Assembly: GCA_934179675.1 (NCBI GenBank)
Contig: CAKPQS010000003.1
Location: forward strand, 1 to 59,089
DNA from: an uncultured Bacilli bacterium
Lineage (GTDB): Bacteria > Bacillota_I > Bacilli_A > RF39 > UBA660
Length of the DNA: 59,089 bases
Reading direction: 5' to 3'
Position numbers and translations under genes: made by a program. The notes beneath the pieces were generated by a model. The model saw only the letters and a program-made list of their open reading frames with translations. It had not been told where the DNA came from and made no database searches. This document shows positions 1 through 9,167 of this stretch, piece by piece (the stretch's first letter is position 1; each line of letters opens with the position of its first letter).

Positions 1-697
1 GATATTGTCTTGTAGTATACATTTTTTTCTTGAATTGCATAGTAATATTACCAACATTAGTAGCACGAATAGTAATACTATTACCATTAACTTGGTATTC
101 AGCATTATTACTCATTATTACATCATAATTTGATAATACATTATTAGTATCAGTTAGTGTTATTTTATCACCAACTTTCATAGTAATTGTTTGACCATTA
201 AAGGATGGTTTTACATAATGACTATTAACTAAATTCATAATTGTATTTTTTTCAGCAGATACATCCATGTTTGTTCCTGCTCCCCATCTTTGAGTAGAGT
301 AAGAAATATTATAACTTCCTGCCTGTTCCCATAAAAGGGCTTGAGTTGCTAATCTATAATTTAATGTTTGATGATTTGGATAATCATAACCATAATAAGC
401 AATTAGTAACATTTTTAATTTTTGTTCATTAGAATAATTGGTATTAGACATATCACCAACTGTATAATTATTAGTTCCCTCTGGAACGCCAGGTTCGATA
501 CAATAAGCAACACGATCACCAAAATAATAATCTTGAGTATACCAACTATGAGCTGATTCATTTGGACTAGTTCTTGTCCAAAAGTAACCAGACTTATTCA
601 TTGTTAAAGTAGCTCCTTGGGCATATACAGATGTAGTAGAAACGCATCCAATTATGACTCCAAGTAGTAATAATAAATTTTTTATTTTATTTTTCAT
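1..697 (-). CDS. Exported surface protein, N-terminal part (C-terminus runs off the window); candidate Cys-Gln thioester (TED/TQXA-like) adhesin domain
   Basis: Absent from the ORF track because it is open at the window edge. My translation from the ATG at 697 (GGAGG upstream) gives MKNKIKNLLLLLGVIIGCVSTTSVYAQGATL, a signal peptide. It continues ...DRVAYCIEPGVPEG... and ...RLATQALLWEQ..., resembling the [YF]C-hydrophobic and TQxx-hydrophobic-W motifs of Gram-positive thioester domains. The Cys-Gln spacing (about 53 aa) is shorter than in the characterised examples I recall, so the domain call is tentative. Confidence 0.45.
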   Translation of the reverse strand, partial: MKNKIKNLLLLLGVIIGCVSTTSVYAQGATLTMNKSGYFWTRTSPNESAHSWYTQDYYFGDRVAYCIEPGVPEGTNNYTVGDMSNTNYSNEQKLKMLLIAYYGYDYPNHQTLNYRLATQALLWEQAGSYNISYSTQRWGAGTNMDVSAEKNTIMNLVNSHYVKPSFNGQTITMKVGDKITLTDTNNVLSNYDVIMSNNAEYQVNGNSITIRATNVGNITMQFKKKMYTTRQY

Positions 698-809
698 TTT
701 CAATTATTTCCTCCTCTCGTGAAATTTTACTTGATAAGGCACAAGCAGACCATAAAAAAAGCACTAGTAAAATTAATAGTGCAATTCCAATAAATAATAA
801 TATTTTCAT
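687..809 (-). CDS. Small hydrophobic peptide (40 aa), hypothetical
   Basis: My own translation gives MKILLFIGIALLILLVLFLWSACALSSKISREEEIIENEK. GGAGGAAAAAATG precedes it, and its stop overlaps the start of the downstream adhesin-like ORF. No family recognised. Confidence 0.25.
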   Translation of the reverse strand: MKILLFIGIALLILLVLFLWSACALSSKISREEEIIENEK

Positions 810-841
810 TTTTTCCTCCAAAATAAAAAAGACTAGAATAT

Positions 842-1465
842 CTAATCTTTATACTTATTACAATTTCCAGATGAACAATTAATATATAAATATTCACCTA
901 AAACTGTACCTTGACCATCAACAACATCCATACACCAACTATTAATAATATCAACTGTATCTTTCAAAGAAATTCTTTCACTAGCAGAAAGACAAGCATC
1001 CATAGAACTATATTCGATTTTACCTTTATGAAAAGAATAATTAAAATCATTTGGATTAGGAATACCAATATAGGAATCATTATTTTCTTTTACAGTTTCT
1101 TCTTTAATTTGATTATTATTAGATTGTGATTGATTTTGTTGATTATTATTTTGTTTTATTCCATTTGAATTATTTGATGTAGTGGAAGTAGTAGAAGTGT
1201 TAGAAGATACTTTATTTTCTTTTATATCTTCCTTAGGGTTTTCTACAACATCAACACTTTCATTTTTCTCTTTTAGTAATTCTTTTTGATTTTCTGTTTT
1301 TTCTGGAATATCTTTTTGTTTTAATTTTTCTTTGGATTCTGTATTGCTAGTAGAATTTTTTGATAAGTTATTTTTACTAGAATTGATTTTACCAATAAAG
1401 ATAAAAGTAGTAGTTAATATCACTATTATAGCAATAATGCTAATTTTAAACATTTTTGATTTCAT
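842..1465 (-). CDS. Membrane-anchored/exported protein with a low-complexity S/T/N/Q-rich linker and a Cys-containing C-terminal domain, hypothetical
   Basis: Track ORF of 207 aa. It has an N-terminal hydrophobic anchor (FKISIIAIIVILTTTFIFIG), a long polar low-complexity stretch, then a C-terminal roughly 80 aa with 4 Cys. No family recognised. Confidence 0.5.
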   Translation of the reverse strand: MKSKMFKISIIAIIVILTTTFIFIGKINSSKNNLSKNSTSNTESKEKLKQKDIPEKTENQKELLKEKNESVDVVENPKEDIKENKVSSNTSTTSTTSNNSNGIKQNNNQQNQSQSNNNQIKEETVKENNDSYIGIPNPNDFNYSFHKGKIEYSSMDACLSASERISLKDTVDIINSWCMDVVDGQGTVLGEYLYINCSSGNCNKYKD

Positions 1466-1581
1466 AATATCACCTTTGTTTGAATGATATACTACCTAAA
1501 AACTTTTGTCAAATCATTAAGAATTACCATTTACGCAATCATAAAACCACCTCCTTTAATGCAATAAAAAAAGTTGCATTT

Positions 1582-2118
1582 CTACAACTTAAATTCTTTC
1601 ATAAATTTTTCAAACTTTTCTTCCTCGTTAGGATCAGCAAATCCGTCATCATCATTATATACTTCTATATCTAAGGCACAAGCAAATTTCACAATACAAC
1701 TTTTCTTGATTGGCAACAACCCACAATAAGAGCATCCAATCTCTTTATAAGCTCTATACTCTGGTTCTTGTCTATATAAACAAATTGTATAATAAATTAA
1801 TTCTTCTTGACTAAAGTGCTTAGTTATAGAGCAAATCTTTTTGGATAATGTTTGATATTCTGTATCATTATCTATAAATGCATCTAATTTAGTGTAATCA
1901 TTAATACCTTTTGTTCTTTCATCAACAAAAATATATTTATAGGTACTAGTAATTTTTATAGGCATTTCACAATAATTTTTACTTTTTAATTTTCTATATT
2001 TTTTCATAAACATACAGACACGATAGAAAGTTCTTTCTATATCATAGTCTAATAAATCAAATTTAGATAATAGTTCATTATCCAATATATCTTCTTTTTC
2101 TTGTATTGTGTTATTCAT
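1582..2118 (-). CDS. Putative ArpU-like phage/ICE transcriptional regulator
   Basis: 178 aa. The overall pattern (N-terminal ...KKYRKLK..., C-terminal ...EELIYYTICLYRQEPEYRAYKEIGCS...CIVKFACALDI) resembles the ArpU late-gene regulator family as I remember it. Not verified by search. Confidence 0.35.
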   Translation of the reverse strand: MNNTIQEKEDILDNELLSKFDLLDYDIERTFYRVCMFMKKYRKLKSKNYCEMPIKITSTYKYIFVDERTKGINDYTKLDAFIDNDTEYQTLSKKICSITKHFSQEELIYYTICLYRQEPEYRAYKEIGCSYCGLLPIKKSCIVKFACALDIEVYNDDDGFADPNEEEKFEKFMKEFKL

Positions 2119-2149
2119 TTTAACCCTCCAACTTGAATATAGCCAATAG

Positions 2150-2205
2150 AAAAGGAGATGCTTATAAGGGGAATTTAACCCTATATAAGTATCTCCTCGT
2201 TTTTT
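2150..2205. terminator. Strong hairpin with T-runs on both strands, lying in the leader of the ArpU-like gene (bidirectional intrinsic terminator or attenuator)
   Basis: GGAGATGCTTATAAGGG (2154..2170) pairs with CCCTATATAAGTATCTCC (2179..2196), with one bulge and one G-T pair. The plus strand continues TCGTTTTTT. The minus strand continues TTTTCTATT. Confidence 0.6.
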
Positions 2206-2351
2206 AGAGAAACTAAATTTAAGTTATAAACACTAAAATAAGATTTATGATTTTGCATAGTTATCACCTTACCTTAAGGTGAAGTCATCAAATACTACCA
2301 CAATCACTTCACACATAACAAAAATTTTTCTTTTTCCAAATATTGGCTATT

Positions 2352-2380
2352 ATTCTAATATTTTTATTTATTATTGTCAA
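2352..2380 (-). promoter_or_regulatory. Sigma-A-type promoter (TTGACA-17 nt-TAGAAT)
   Basis: On the minus strand, -35 TTGACA lies at 2375..2380 and -10 TAGAAT at 2352..2357, with a 17-nt spacer. It reads toward the ArpU-like gene. Confidence 0.5.
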
Positions 2381-2455
2381 TGGCTTTTATCAAAAAAACT
2401 AACAATAAAAAAAAGATGACTTGTTTCTTTCGATACAATTCATCGATTTTACTAT

Positions 2456-2483
2456 ATTTTACCACTTGACTTTTATAAGTCAA
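2456..2483 (-). promoter_or_regulatory. Sigma-A-type promoter with its -35 inside an 18-bp perfect palindrome (candidate operator)
   Basis: On the minus strand, TTGACT lies at 2478..2483, followed by a 16-nt spacer and TGGTAAAAT (-10 at 2456..2461). The palindrome TTGACTTTTATAAGTCAA spans 2466..2483. Confidence 0.45.
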
Positions 2484-2491
2484 TGATTAAA

Positions 2492-2535
2492 TTTTTCTTT
2501 TTTTTCTTTTTTTTTCTTTTTTTTTCTTTTTTTTA
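2492..2535. repeat. T-tract/C microsatellite (T5 C T8 C T9 C T9 C T8)
   Basis: Read directly from the sequence. C occurs at 2497, 2506, 2516 and 2526 within an otherwise pure T run, immediately 3' of the stop of ORF 2540..2893 on the minus strand. Confidence 0.9.
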
Positions 2536-2539
2536 CTAA

Positions 2540-2893
2540 TTATAAATCTCGCACTAAATCTTCAATTTTTTCTTTAGAAAAGGTAGATGCTTCAAGTATC
2601 ATCTTATCATAATAAGTATTAGCATCTTTTTCATCAAAGAATGTTTTTAAATTAAATTTCCCATATAAATCATCTGTTTTTTTATCTTGAATAAGCATAT
2701 ATACAACATATTCATTATTATTAAGATTACTAGCATTAGAAGTAATAATTATCATAACAATACTTACTATATAAGAATCTAATTCTATTTCTTTATGTTT
2801 ATTTGTTGAATTAACTTTAATATTTTTTAATTCACTTATGATATCCCTTTTTGATTCTACATTTTTATTAACTACTCTCATAATGCACCTCAA
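2540..2893 (-). CDS. Hypothetical protein (117 aa)
   Basis: Track ORF. No motif recognised. Confidence 0.4.
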   Translation of the reverse strand: MRCIMRVVNKNVESKRDIISELKNIKVNSTNKHKEIELDSYIVSIVMIIITSNASNLNNNEYVVYMLIQDKKTDDLYGKFNLKTFFDEKDANTYYDKMILEASTFSKEKIEDLVRDL

Positions 2894-2966
2894 AACTTAA
2901 TTTACTATTATTATACACAATTATTAAAAGAAAGAAATACTTTCATAAAATATTTCTTTATAATTT

Positions 2967-3215
2967 TTAATTAGCATTGATTTTTTTACTGAAACGATTA
3001 ATAACTTTGTTACATGATTCTTCTATCATTGCATATACTAAAAAAGGCAATATTGCAACTGATAATAATGCTTCGATAAATAATGGACATCCTGTCATTG
3101 AAAAAGGAGATGCTTCTAAGGTATATCCTAAATTTGTATCAAAATATAATCCTTTAATTAGGAATACTAGAAATATAAATGCTCCCAATATACTTATTGT
3201 TTTTTTTATACTCAT
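2967..3215 (-). CDS. Small membrane protein (82 aa, 2 predicted TM helices), hypothetical
   Basis: Two hydrophobic stretches: ISILGAFIFLVFLIKGL and LFIEALLSVAILPFLVYAMI. Confidence 0.4.
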   Translation of the reverse strand: MSIKKTISILGAFIFLVFLIKGLYFDTNLGYTLEASPFSMTGCPLFIEALLSVAILPFLVYAMIEESCNKVINRFSKKINAN

Positions 3216-3370
3216 TTTATTTCACCACCAAACTATTTAAGATTTACTACATATATTAATATGATAACCGATTTCTATAAAAAATCAACACTTTTACCTT
3301 AAACAGTTGTGCAAAAGACAATTATTTAACACTTGTATAAAATAAATTGTAGAAAGTGAGGTAAGATTTT

Positions 3371-3649
3371 ATGAATAATAGTCGTGAAATACTATCAATG
3401 AATTTAAAATATTATAGACAAAAATATAACTTATCTCAAGAAAAGTTTGCTGAGAAAGTTGGAAGTAATTTAGTTTATATAAATGAATTAGAAAATTGTA
3501 AGAGGAAACCTACAATTGAAATGCTTGATAAAATAGCAGAAGGTATGAACAAAAATATTGATCGTAAGTTAAAAATGACTGCATCAGATTTACTAAAATA
3601 CGATAAAACTCATAGAACTACATTTAATAGAATTGATGAAAGAAAATAA
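3371..3649 (+). CDS. XRE-family helix-turn-helix transcriptional regulator
   Basis: 92 aa. LKYYRQKYNLSQEKFAEKVGSNLVYINELENCKRKPTIEMLDKIAEGM is a typical Cro/C1 HTH. GAGG lies 9 nt upstream of the ATG. Confidence 0.8.
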   Translation: MNNSREILSMNLKYYRQKYNLSQEKFAEKVGSNLVYINELENCKRKPTIEMLDKIAEGMNKNIDRKLKMTASDLLKYDKTHRTTFNRIDERK

Positions 3650-3673
3650 GATTTGTTTTCTTTTTATTTTATA

Positions 3674-3949
3674 TTAATCTAAATTATAAAAATCAAGTGT
3701 TTCTAAATTGTTAACTCTAATATTATATTTTATATCTAATAGTGCAATAGCATTATTTTTTATTTGCTCTAAATCTTTTTTTGAATATCTAATCTTGTGT
3801 AGACTTTTAAATATTTCACTAGCACTTATATTATGATATTTATAATTTGAAAATTGATAATTTAAAAGCAACAAATGTGCTAGCAATTCAGTATCATATA
3901 ATTTTTTGATTCTTTTTTCATCTCTTAGAAATAACTTATCCATACTCAT
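3674..3949 (-). CDS. Hypothetical protein (91 aa), the first gene inside the inserted block next to the spoVD breakpoint
   Basis: Track ORF. GGAGGATTTTTTATG serves as the RBS and start, and the gene has its own promoter at 3971..3999. Confidence 0.4.
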   Translation of the reverse strand: MSMDKLFLRDEKRIKKLYDTELLAHLLLLNYQFSNYKYHNISASEIFKSLHKIRYSKKDLEQIKNNAIALLDIKYNIRVNNLETLDFYNLD

Positions 3950-3970
3950 AAAAAATCCTCCATTGAGTGA

Positions 3971-3999
3971 ATGATAGCTCCAATAAAAATGTTTGTCAA
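3971..3999 (-). promoter_or_regulatory. Sigma-A-type promoter (TTGACA-17 nt-TATCAT)
   Basis: On the minus strand, -35 lies at 3994..3999 and -10 at 3971..3976. Confidence 0.5.
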
Positions 4000-4045
4000 A
4001 TCATTATTCTTTATGCATATTTACACCAAATATGAATATCATTAA

Positions 4046-4966
4046 TTAGGTATCGCTTTCGGGTGGTACAATATTAAAAGTCGAACCTGGCTCATAAGTC
4101 ATCCAAACAGGCAAATTGCGATTAATGGTTTCAATATCATAATCTTTATAACTACTAGGATCAAAACTAGGTCTTGAAGCCATAGCCAGTATTTCCCCAG
4201 TTTTAGGATTCATTACAATGCCTAAAGCATGTTCTGGATCATATTTACTAACAGCATTATTAAGTTCTCTCTCCAAAGATTTTTGAATATCTAAATTAAT
4301 AGTTAAAGTCATATTAATACCATCGGTAGGTTTCACATAAACCTCTGAAAGTTCAAGTTTTTTACCCTTGGCATCAGAATAATATTTAATCGCACCATAT
4401 GCTCCCGTTAAATATTTATCATACATTAACTCAAGACCACTTAATCCCTGATTATCAACACCAACAAAACCAATTGTTTGGCTAAGCATTGACCCATATA
4501 AATAATTCCTTTTTGCTTCTTTCAAAAGATAAACACCAGAAAGTTTTAAATTATCAATTTTATCAGCAATATCAAATGATAATTTTCTTCCCTCTGGATG
4601 TACTCTCTCAATCGAAGAATGCTTATTAACATGTTTATACATTTCATCATAATCAACTTTTAAAATATCCGCTAATTTTTTAGCCGTATCTTCCTTATTC
4701 TCAATTTGATTAGGAATTAACACTAAAGAAACAGTAGTCGTATTATTAACCAAAACATTACCATTTGCATCATAAATAACACCCCTATTACCCTCAATAG
4801 GTAAATTACGACTCCATAAGCTATTAGCGCTCTTACTTAATTTTTTATAACTAAACACCTGTACATAAAATATTTTACCTATAATCAAAAATGTAATAAG
4901 TATAAATATCAAACCAACTATCTTAATTCTTATATGTATATTTTTAAAAAACATATTATTCACCAT
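4046..4966 (-). pseudogene. spoVD: 5' half of a spoVD-like class B penicillin-binding protein, truncated at the SxxK motif
   Basis: The 306-aa ORF has an N-terminal TM helix and the PBP dimerisation domain. It is collinear (from memory) with B. subtilis SpoVD through ...FDPSSY...NRNLPVWMTYEPGSTF. SpoVD continues STFKIITL, whereas this ORF reads STFNIVPPESDT-stop. The whole transpeptidase domain and the PASTA domain are missing. Confidence 0.75.
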
Positions 4967-4978
4967 TTAAAATATATG

Positions 4979-5006
4979 CAAAAAAGAATAGAATAACCTA
5001 TTCCTT
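4979..5006 (-). terminator. Intrinsic terminator after tgt
   Basis: The minus strand reads AAGGAATAG-GTTATT-CTATTCTT followed by TTTTTT. Confidence 0.6.
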
Positions 5007-5029
5007 TACTATAAAATTTATATCAATAT

Positions 5030-6182
<1,153 letters not shown>

Positions 6183-6191
6183 TTTTAAATT

Positions 6192-6965
6192 CTATCTTTT
6201 CTTAATTAATTTATTTATTTTTTTTCTTTCTTCATTTATTTTAATACCATATACAAATTCACGATAATGTTCAGGACAAAGTGATATATATGTTACATTA
6301 TCTTTTTCATCAATCGCAACTTGATCACCATCATTTACATATCTACCATTAACAAGTCTAGCATTATGTAAAGCTTTTTTACCACAAATACAAACAGTTG
6401 TTAATTCTTCTAAACTATTAGCATATCTAAACAATGCTTCACTTCCTGGAAATAAATTACCTTTAAAATCAGTTCTAAGTCCAAAACATATAACAGGAAT
6501 ATCCAAAATTACAGTTATGTCTGATAACTCTTTTACTTGTTTTTCAGTTAAAAACTGTGCTTCATCTATTAAAATAGCAGAAAGAATTTTATCAAATTTA
6601 TTATCATAATTTTTTTCAATCAAATACTCATTAATAGTATTATAAATCAAATTAATTTTCTCTGGATCCTTTTCAATTTTTTTTATTTTTCTTAATAATT
6701 CTCCAGTATCAGTATATTCCCCATTATTTTTCTTTAAATAATCAACAACTAAATCATATATATTCATATTTGGTGCAAGCAAATAATCGACTTTTCTCGA
6801 ATCTTTCATACCACGTGCAACTATCCTATCATCACCTTTTGTATCAAGTGATGGTTTCATAAGTAACACATTCATTCCTCTTTCATTGTAATTATGAGCA
6901 ACCTGTAAAAGGTTTGAGCTCTTACCTGCATTCATAGGTGAATACCTGAATCTAAGTGATGCCAT
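6192..6965 (-). CDS. tdk: Thymidine kinase (E. coli Tdk type) with an internal insertion of roughly 45-55 aa
   Basis: P-loop YSPMNAGKSS, Walker B ILIDEAQFL, LRTDFKGNLFPGS and a C-terminal zinc ribbon CICGKKA...LCPEHY. The protein is 257 aa, against about 195-205 aa for typical Tdk. Confidence 0.9.
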   Translation of the reverse strand: MASLRFRYSPMNAGKSSNLLQVAHNYNERGMNVLLMKPSLDTKGDDRIVARGMKDSRKVDYLLAPNMNIYDLVVDYLKKNNGEYTDTGELLRKIKKIEKDPEKINLIYNTINEYLIEKNYDNKFDKILSAILIDEAQFLTEKQVKELSDITVILDIPVICFGLRTDFKGNLFPGSEALFRYANSLEELTTVCICGKKALHNARLVNGRYVNDGDQVAIDEKDNVTYISLCPEHYREFVYGIKINEERKKINKLIKKR

Positions 6966-7010
6966 ATTTTACCCTCCTAAAATAAAGTCTAACATACATT
7001 TTATAATAAT

Positions 7011-7880
7011 TCAAGACCTTGGATGTGTTTTTAAATAAACTTCTCTTAAACGTTCATTTGATATATGTGTATAAATTTGTGTTGTACCTAAATCAGCATG
7101 TCCTAAAAGTTCTTGTACAGCTTTTAAATCAGCACCATTATCAAGTAAATGAGTAGCAAATGTATGTCTTAATGTATGAGGACTAACATGCTTTTGAATA
7201 CTTGTTTTATTCATATATTTATTTATTATATTTCTTACACTTCGATCAGTTAATTTTTTACCATTTAAATTTAATATTAAATATTCTGATAAGTTGGAAT
7301 CTTTAATTAAATTCCTTGAATTATTTAAATATTTATTTAAGATATCTTCACATACATGACCATATATAACAATTCTTTCTTTTTTTCCTTTTCCTAATAT
7401 ACGAATTATTCTATTATTAAAATCAATATCCTTAATTTTAATATTAACAAGTTCACTTACTCTTATACCTGTAGAATAAAGTAACTCTATAACAATATGA
7501 TCACGAATACCTTGAATAGTATCATCTATTTTACTTAACAATTCTTCTACTTCATTTACATATAAAAATTTAGGTAATAATTTTTCTTTTTTGGGGTTAC
7601 TAATCAAAACCATTGGATTAGATTTAATTCTTTTTTTCTTATATAAAAATTTGTAAAAACTTCTAATAGCACTTATTCTCCTAGAAATAGTAGTTGTTTT
7701 ATAATTTAATTTATTTAAATACTCTACATATTCTCTAATTATTTTATAATCAACATCGTAATTAATAATTCCTTTATGATCTAAAAAAAACTTATATTCA
7801 TCTAAATCTATTTCATAATTTTTAATTGTATTATCAGAATAATTTCTTACTGTTTTTAAATATTCTATAAATTCTCTCAT
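7011..7880 (-). CDS. Tyrosine site-specific recombinase, XerC/XerD family
   Basis: 289 aa. LYSTGIRVSE (Arg), HTLRHTFATHLL (HxxR) and LGHADLGTTQIYTH (catalytic Tyr) are present. I cannot distinguish XerC from XerD by eye. Confidence 0.85.
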   Translation of the reverse strand: MREFIEYLKTVRNYSDNTIKNYEIDLDEYKFFLDHKGIINYDVDYKIIREYVEYLNKLNYKTTTISRRISAIRSFYKFLYKKKRIKSNPMVLISNPKKEKLLPKFLYVNEVEELLSKIDDTIQGIRDHIVIELLYSTGIRVSELVNIKIKDIDFNNRIIRILGKGKKERIVIYGHVCEDILNKYLNNSRNLIKDSNLSEYLILNLNGKKLTDRSVRNIINKYMNKTSIQKHVSPHTLRHTFATHLLDNGADLKAVQELLGHADLGTTQIYTHISNERLREVYLKTHPRS

Positions 7881-7918
7881 AAATTAATTATAATCAAAAA
7901 AAACAAACAAGTAAATAC

Positions 7919-8521
7919 TTATTTGTTTATAATTTTTCTAACCTTTCCACGAATTCTCTGTAATGCATTATCAACAGATTTATCATCGCGGTCCAAAACA
8001 TCTGCTATTTCCTTATTTTTTAAGCCACCAATTTTTAAAAGCAGTACTTGATCTTCAAAATCAGTTAAACCATTTCTAATTTTATTTAACATTTCCGTTT
8101 CGTTTTCTATATCAATTATCATTTCTTCTGGGCCATCTATTTTAAAAATATTATTATCTGTATCTTCAATAAAAATAGATTCATTCATAGCACGATGCTT
8201 CATTCTTTTAGAAGCAACGATAGCTGAAATAATTTTTTTCTCAATACATATTTTAGCATAAGTATAAAATTTATTATCCATATTTTCATCATAATTTTTA
8301 ATAGCATTCGTAAGACCAAGCATTCCTTCTTGATATAAATCATTTTCTTCAAGACCTGTATTTTTACAATACTTAACCATTTTAGAAACAACAGATTTTA
8401 TAAATGGACTATATTTATCATAAAGTGATTTTCTATCTTCTTTGCCTTCTTTAATAAGATATATTAATTTACTATCATTATCTTTATATTCCATTTTTTC
8501 CTCTTTGGTAAACTGCTTCAT
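7919..8521 (-). CDS. sigH: RNA polymerase sigma factor SigH (early sporulation sigma-70 family)
   Basis: QEGMLGLTNAIKNYD, ICIEKKIISAI, KH..MNES and a C-terminal HTH ending DNALQRIRGKV all align with B. subtilis SigH. The mrnC-rlmB-sigH synteny matches Bacillus. The true start may be the internal Met (MEYKDND). Confidence 0.8.
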   Translation of the reverse strand: MKQFTKEEKMEYKDNDSKLIYLIKEGKEDRKSLYDKYSPFIKSVVSKMVKYCKNTGLEENDLYQEGMLGLTNAIKNYDENMDNKFYTYAKICIEKKIISAIVASKRMKHRAMNESIFIEDTDNNIFKIDGPEEMIIDIENETEMLNKIRNGLTDFEDQVLLLKIGGLKNKEIADVLDRDDKSVDNALQRIRGKVRKIINK

Positions 8522-9167
8522 AAATTATTATTCCTGCAGCAACACTAGCATTTAGACTGTTAACTTTACCATTCATTTTAATAGATGCTTTAAAGTCACA
8601 TTCTTCGCCTATTATTCTTGACATGCCAAATCCTTCACTACCAATGATAATACACATTTTACCATTATAATTTATTTCTTTATAATCTGTTCCTTCCATA
8701 TCAGTTCCTACAAACCAAAATCCCTGTTTTTTTAATTTTTGAATTGTTTGTCTTAAATTAACAACTTGCGCAATGGAGATATTAAATATACTTCCAGCAG
8801 ATGTATGAACAACAGTTGAATTAACGCTAACACTTCTGTTTTCTGGAATAATTATTCCATCAACTCCTGCTGCTTCACATGTTCTTATAATCGCACCTAA
8901 ATTATGTGGATCTTCTAAATGATCAAGTATAACAATTAATGGATTTTCTTTATTAATAATTTCTGATAAATCAGAATATTCATAATCAATATCTAAAACA
9001 ATACCCTGGGTATTAGCTTTTACTAATTTATCCATTTCATTTTTATTGATTATTTCAATATTAGGAAAATTCATTTTTCCATTATAACTATCTAATATAT
9101 AAGTTTTTTTAATTTTTTTGCCTGCTTTTAAATATTCTTCTGCAACATTTTTTCCATATATTAACAT
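8484..9167 (-). CDS. rlmB: 23S rRNA 2'-O-methyltransferase, TrmH/SpoU family (RlmB-like)
   Basis: 227 aa. SpoU motifs LDHLEDPHNLGAIIRT, IIIGSEGFGMS and NSLNASVAAGIIIYE are present. The position between mrnC and sigH matches Bacillus yacO. Confidence 0.8.
   Translation of the reverse strand: MLIYGKNVAEEYLKAGKKIKKTYILDSYNGKMNFPNIEIINKNEMDKLVKANTQGIVLDIDYEYSDLSEIINKENPLIVILDHLEDPHNLGAIIRTCEAAGVDGIIIPENRSVSVNSTVVHTSAGSIFNISIAQVVNLRQTIQKLKKQGFWFVGTDMEGTDYKEINYNGKMCIIIGSEGFGMSRIIGEECDFKASIKMNGKVNSLNASVAAGIIIYEAVYQRGKNGI

Noticed and set aside
7011-7880. The Xer-type tyrosine recombinase as the possible integrase of the element inserted in spoVD.
   Set aside because: It is separated from the breakpoint by tgt and tdk, on the chromosomal side. 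It has the size and motifs of housekeeping XerC/XerD and lies in core synteny next to sigH.
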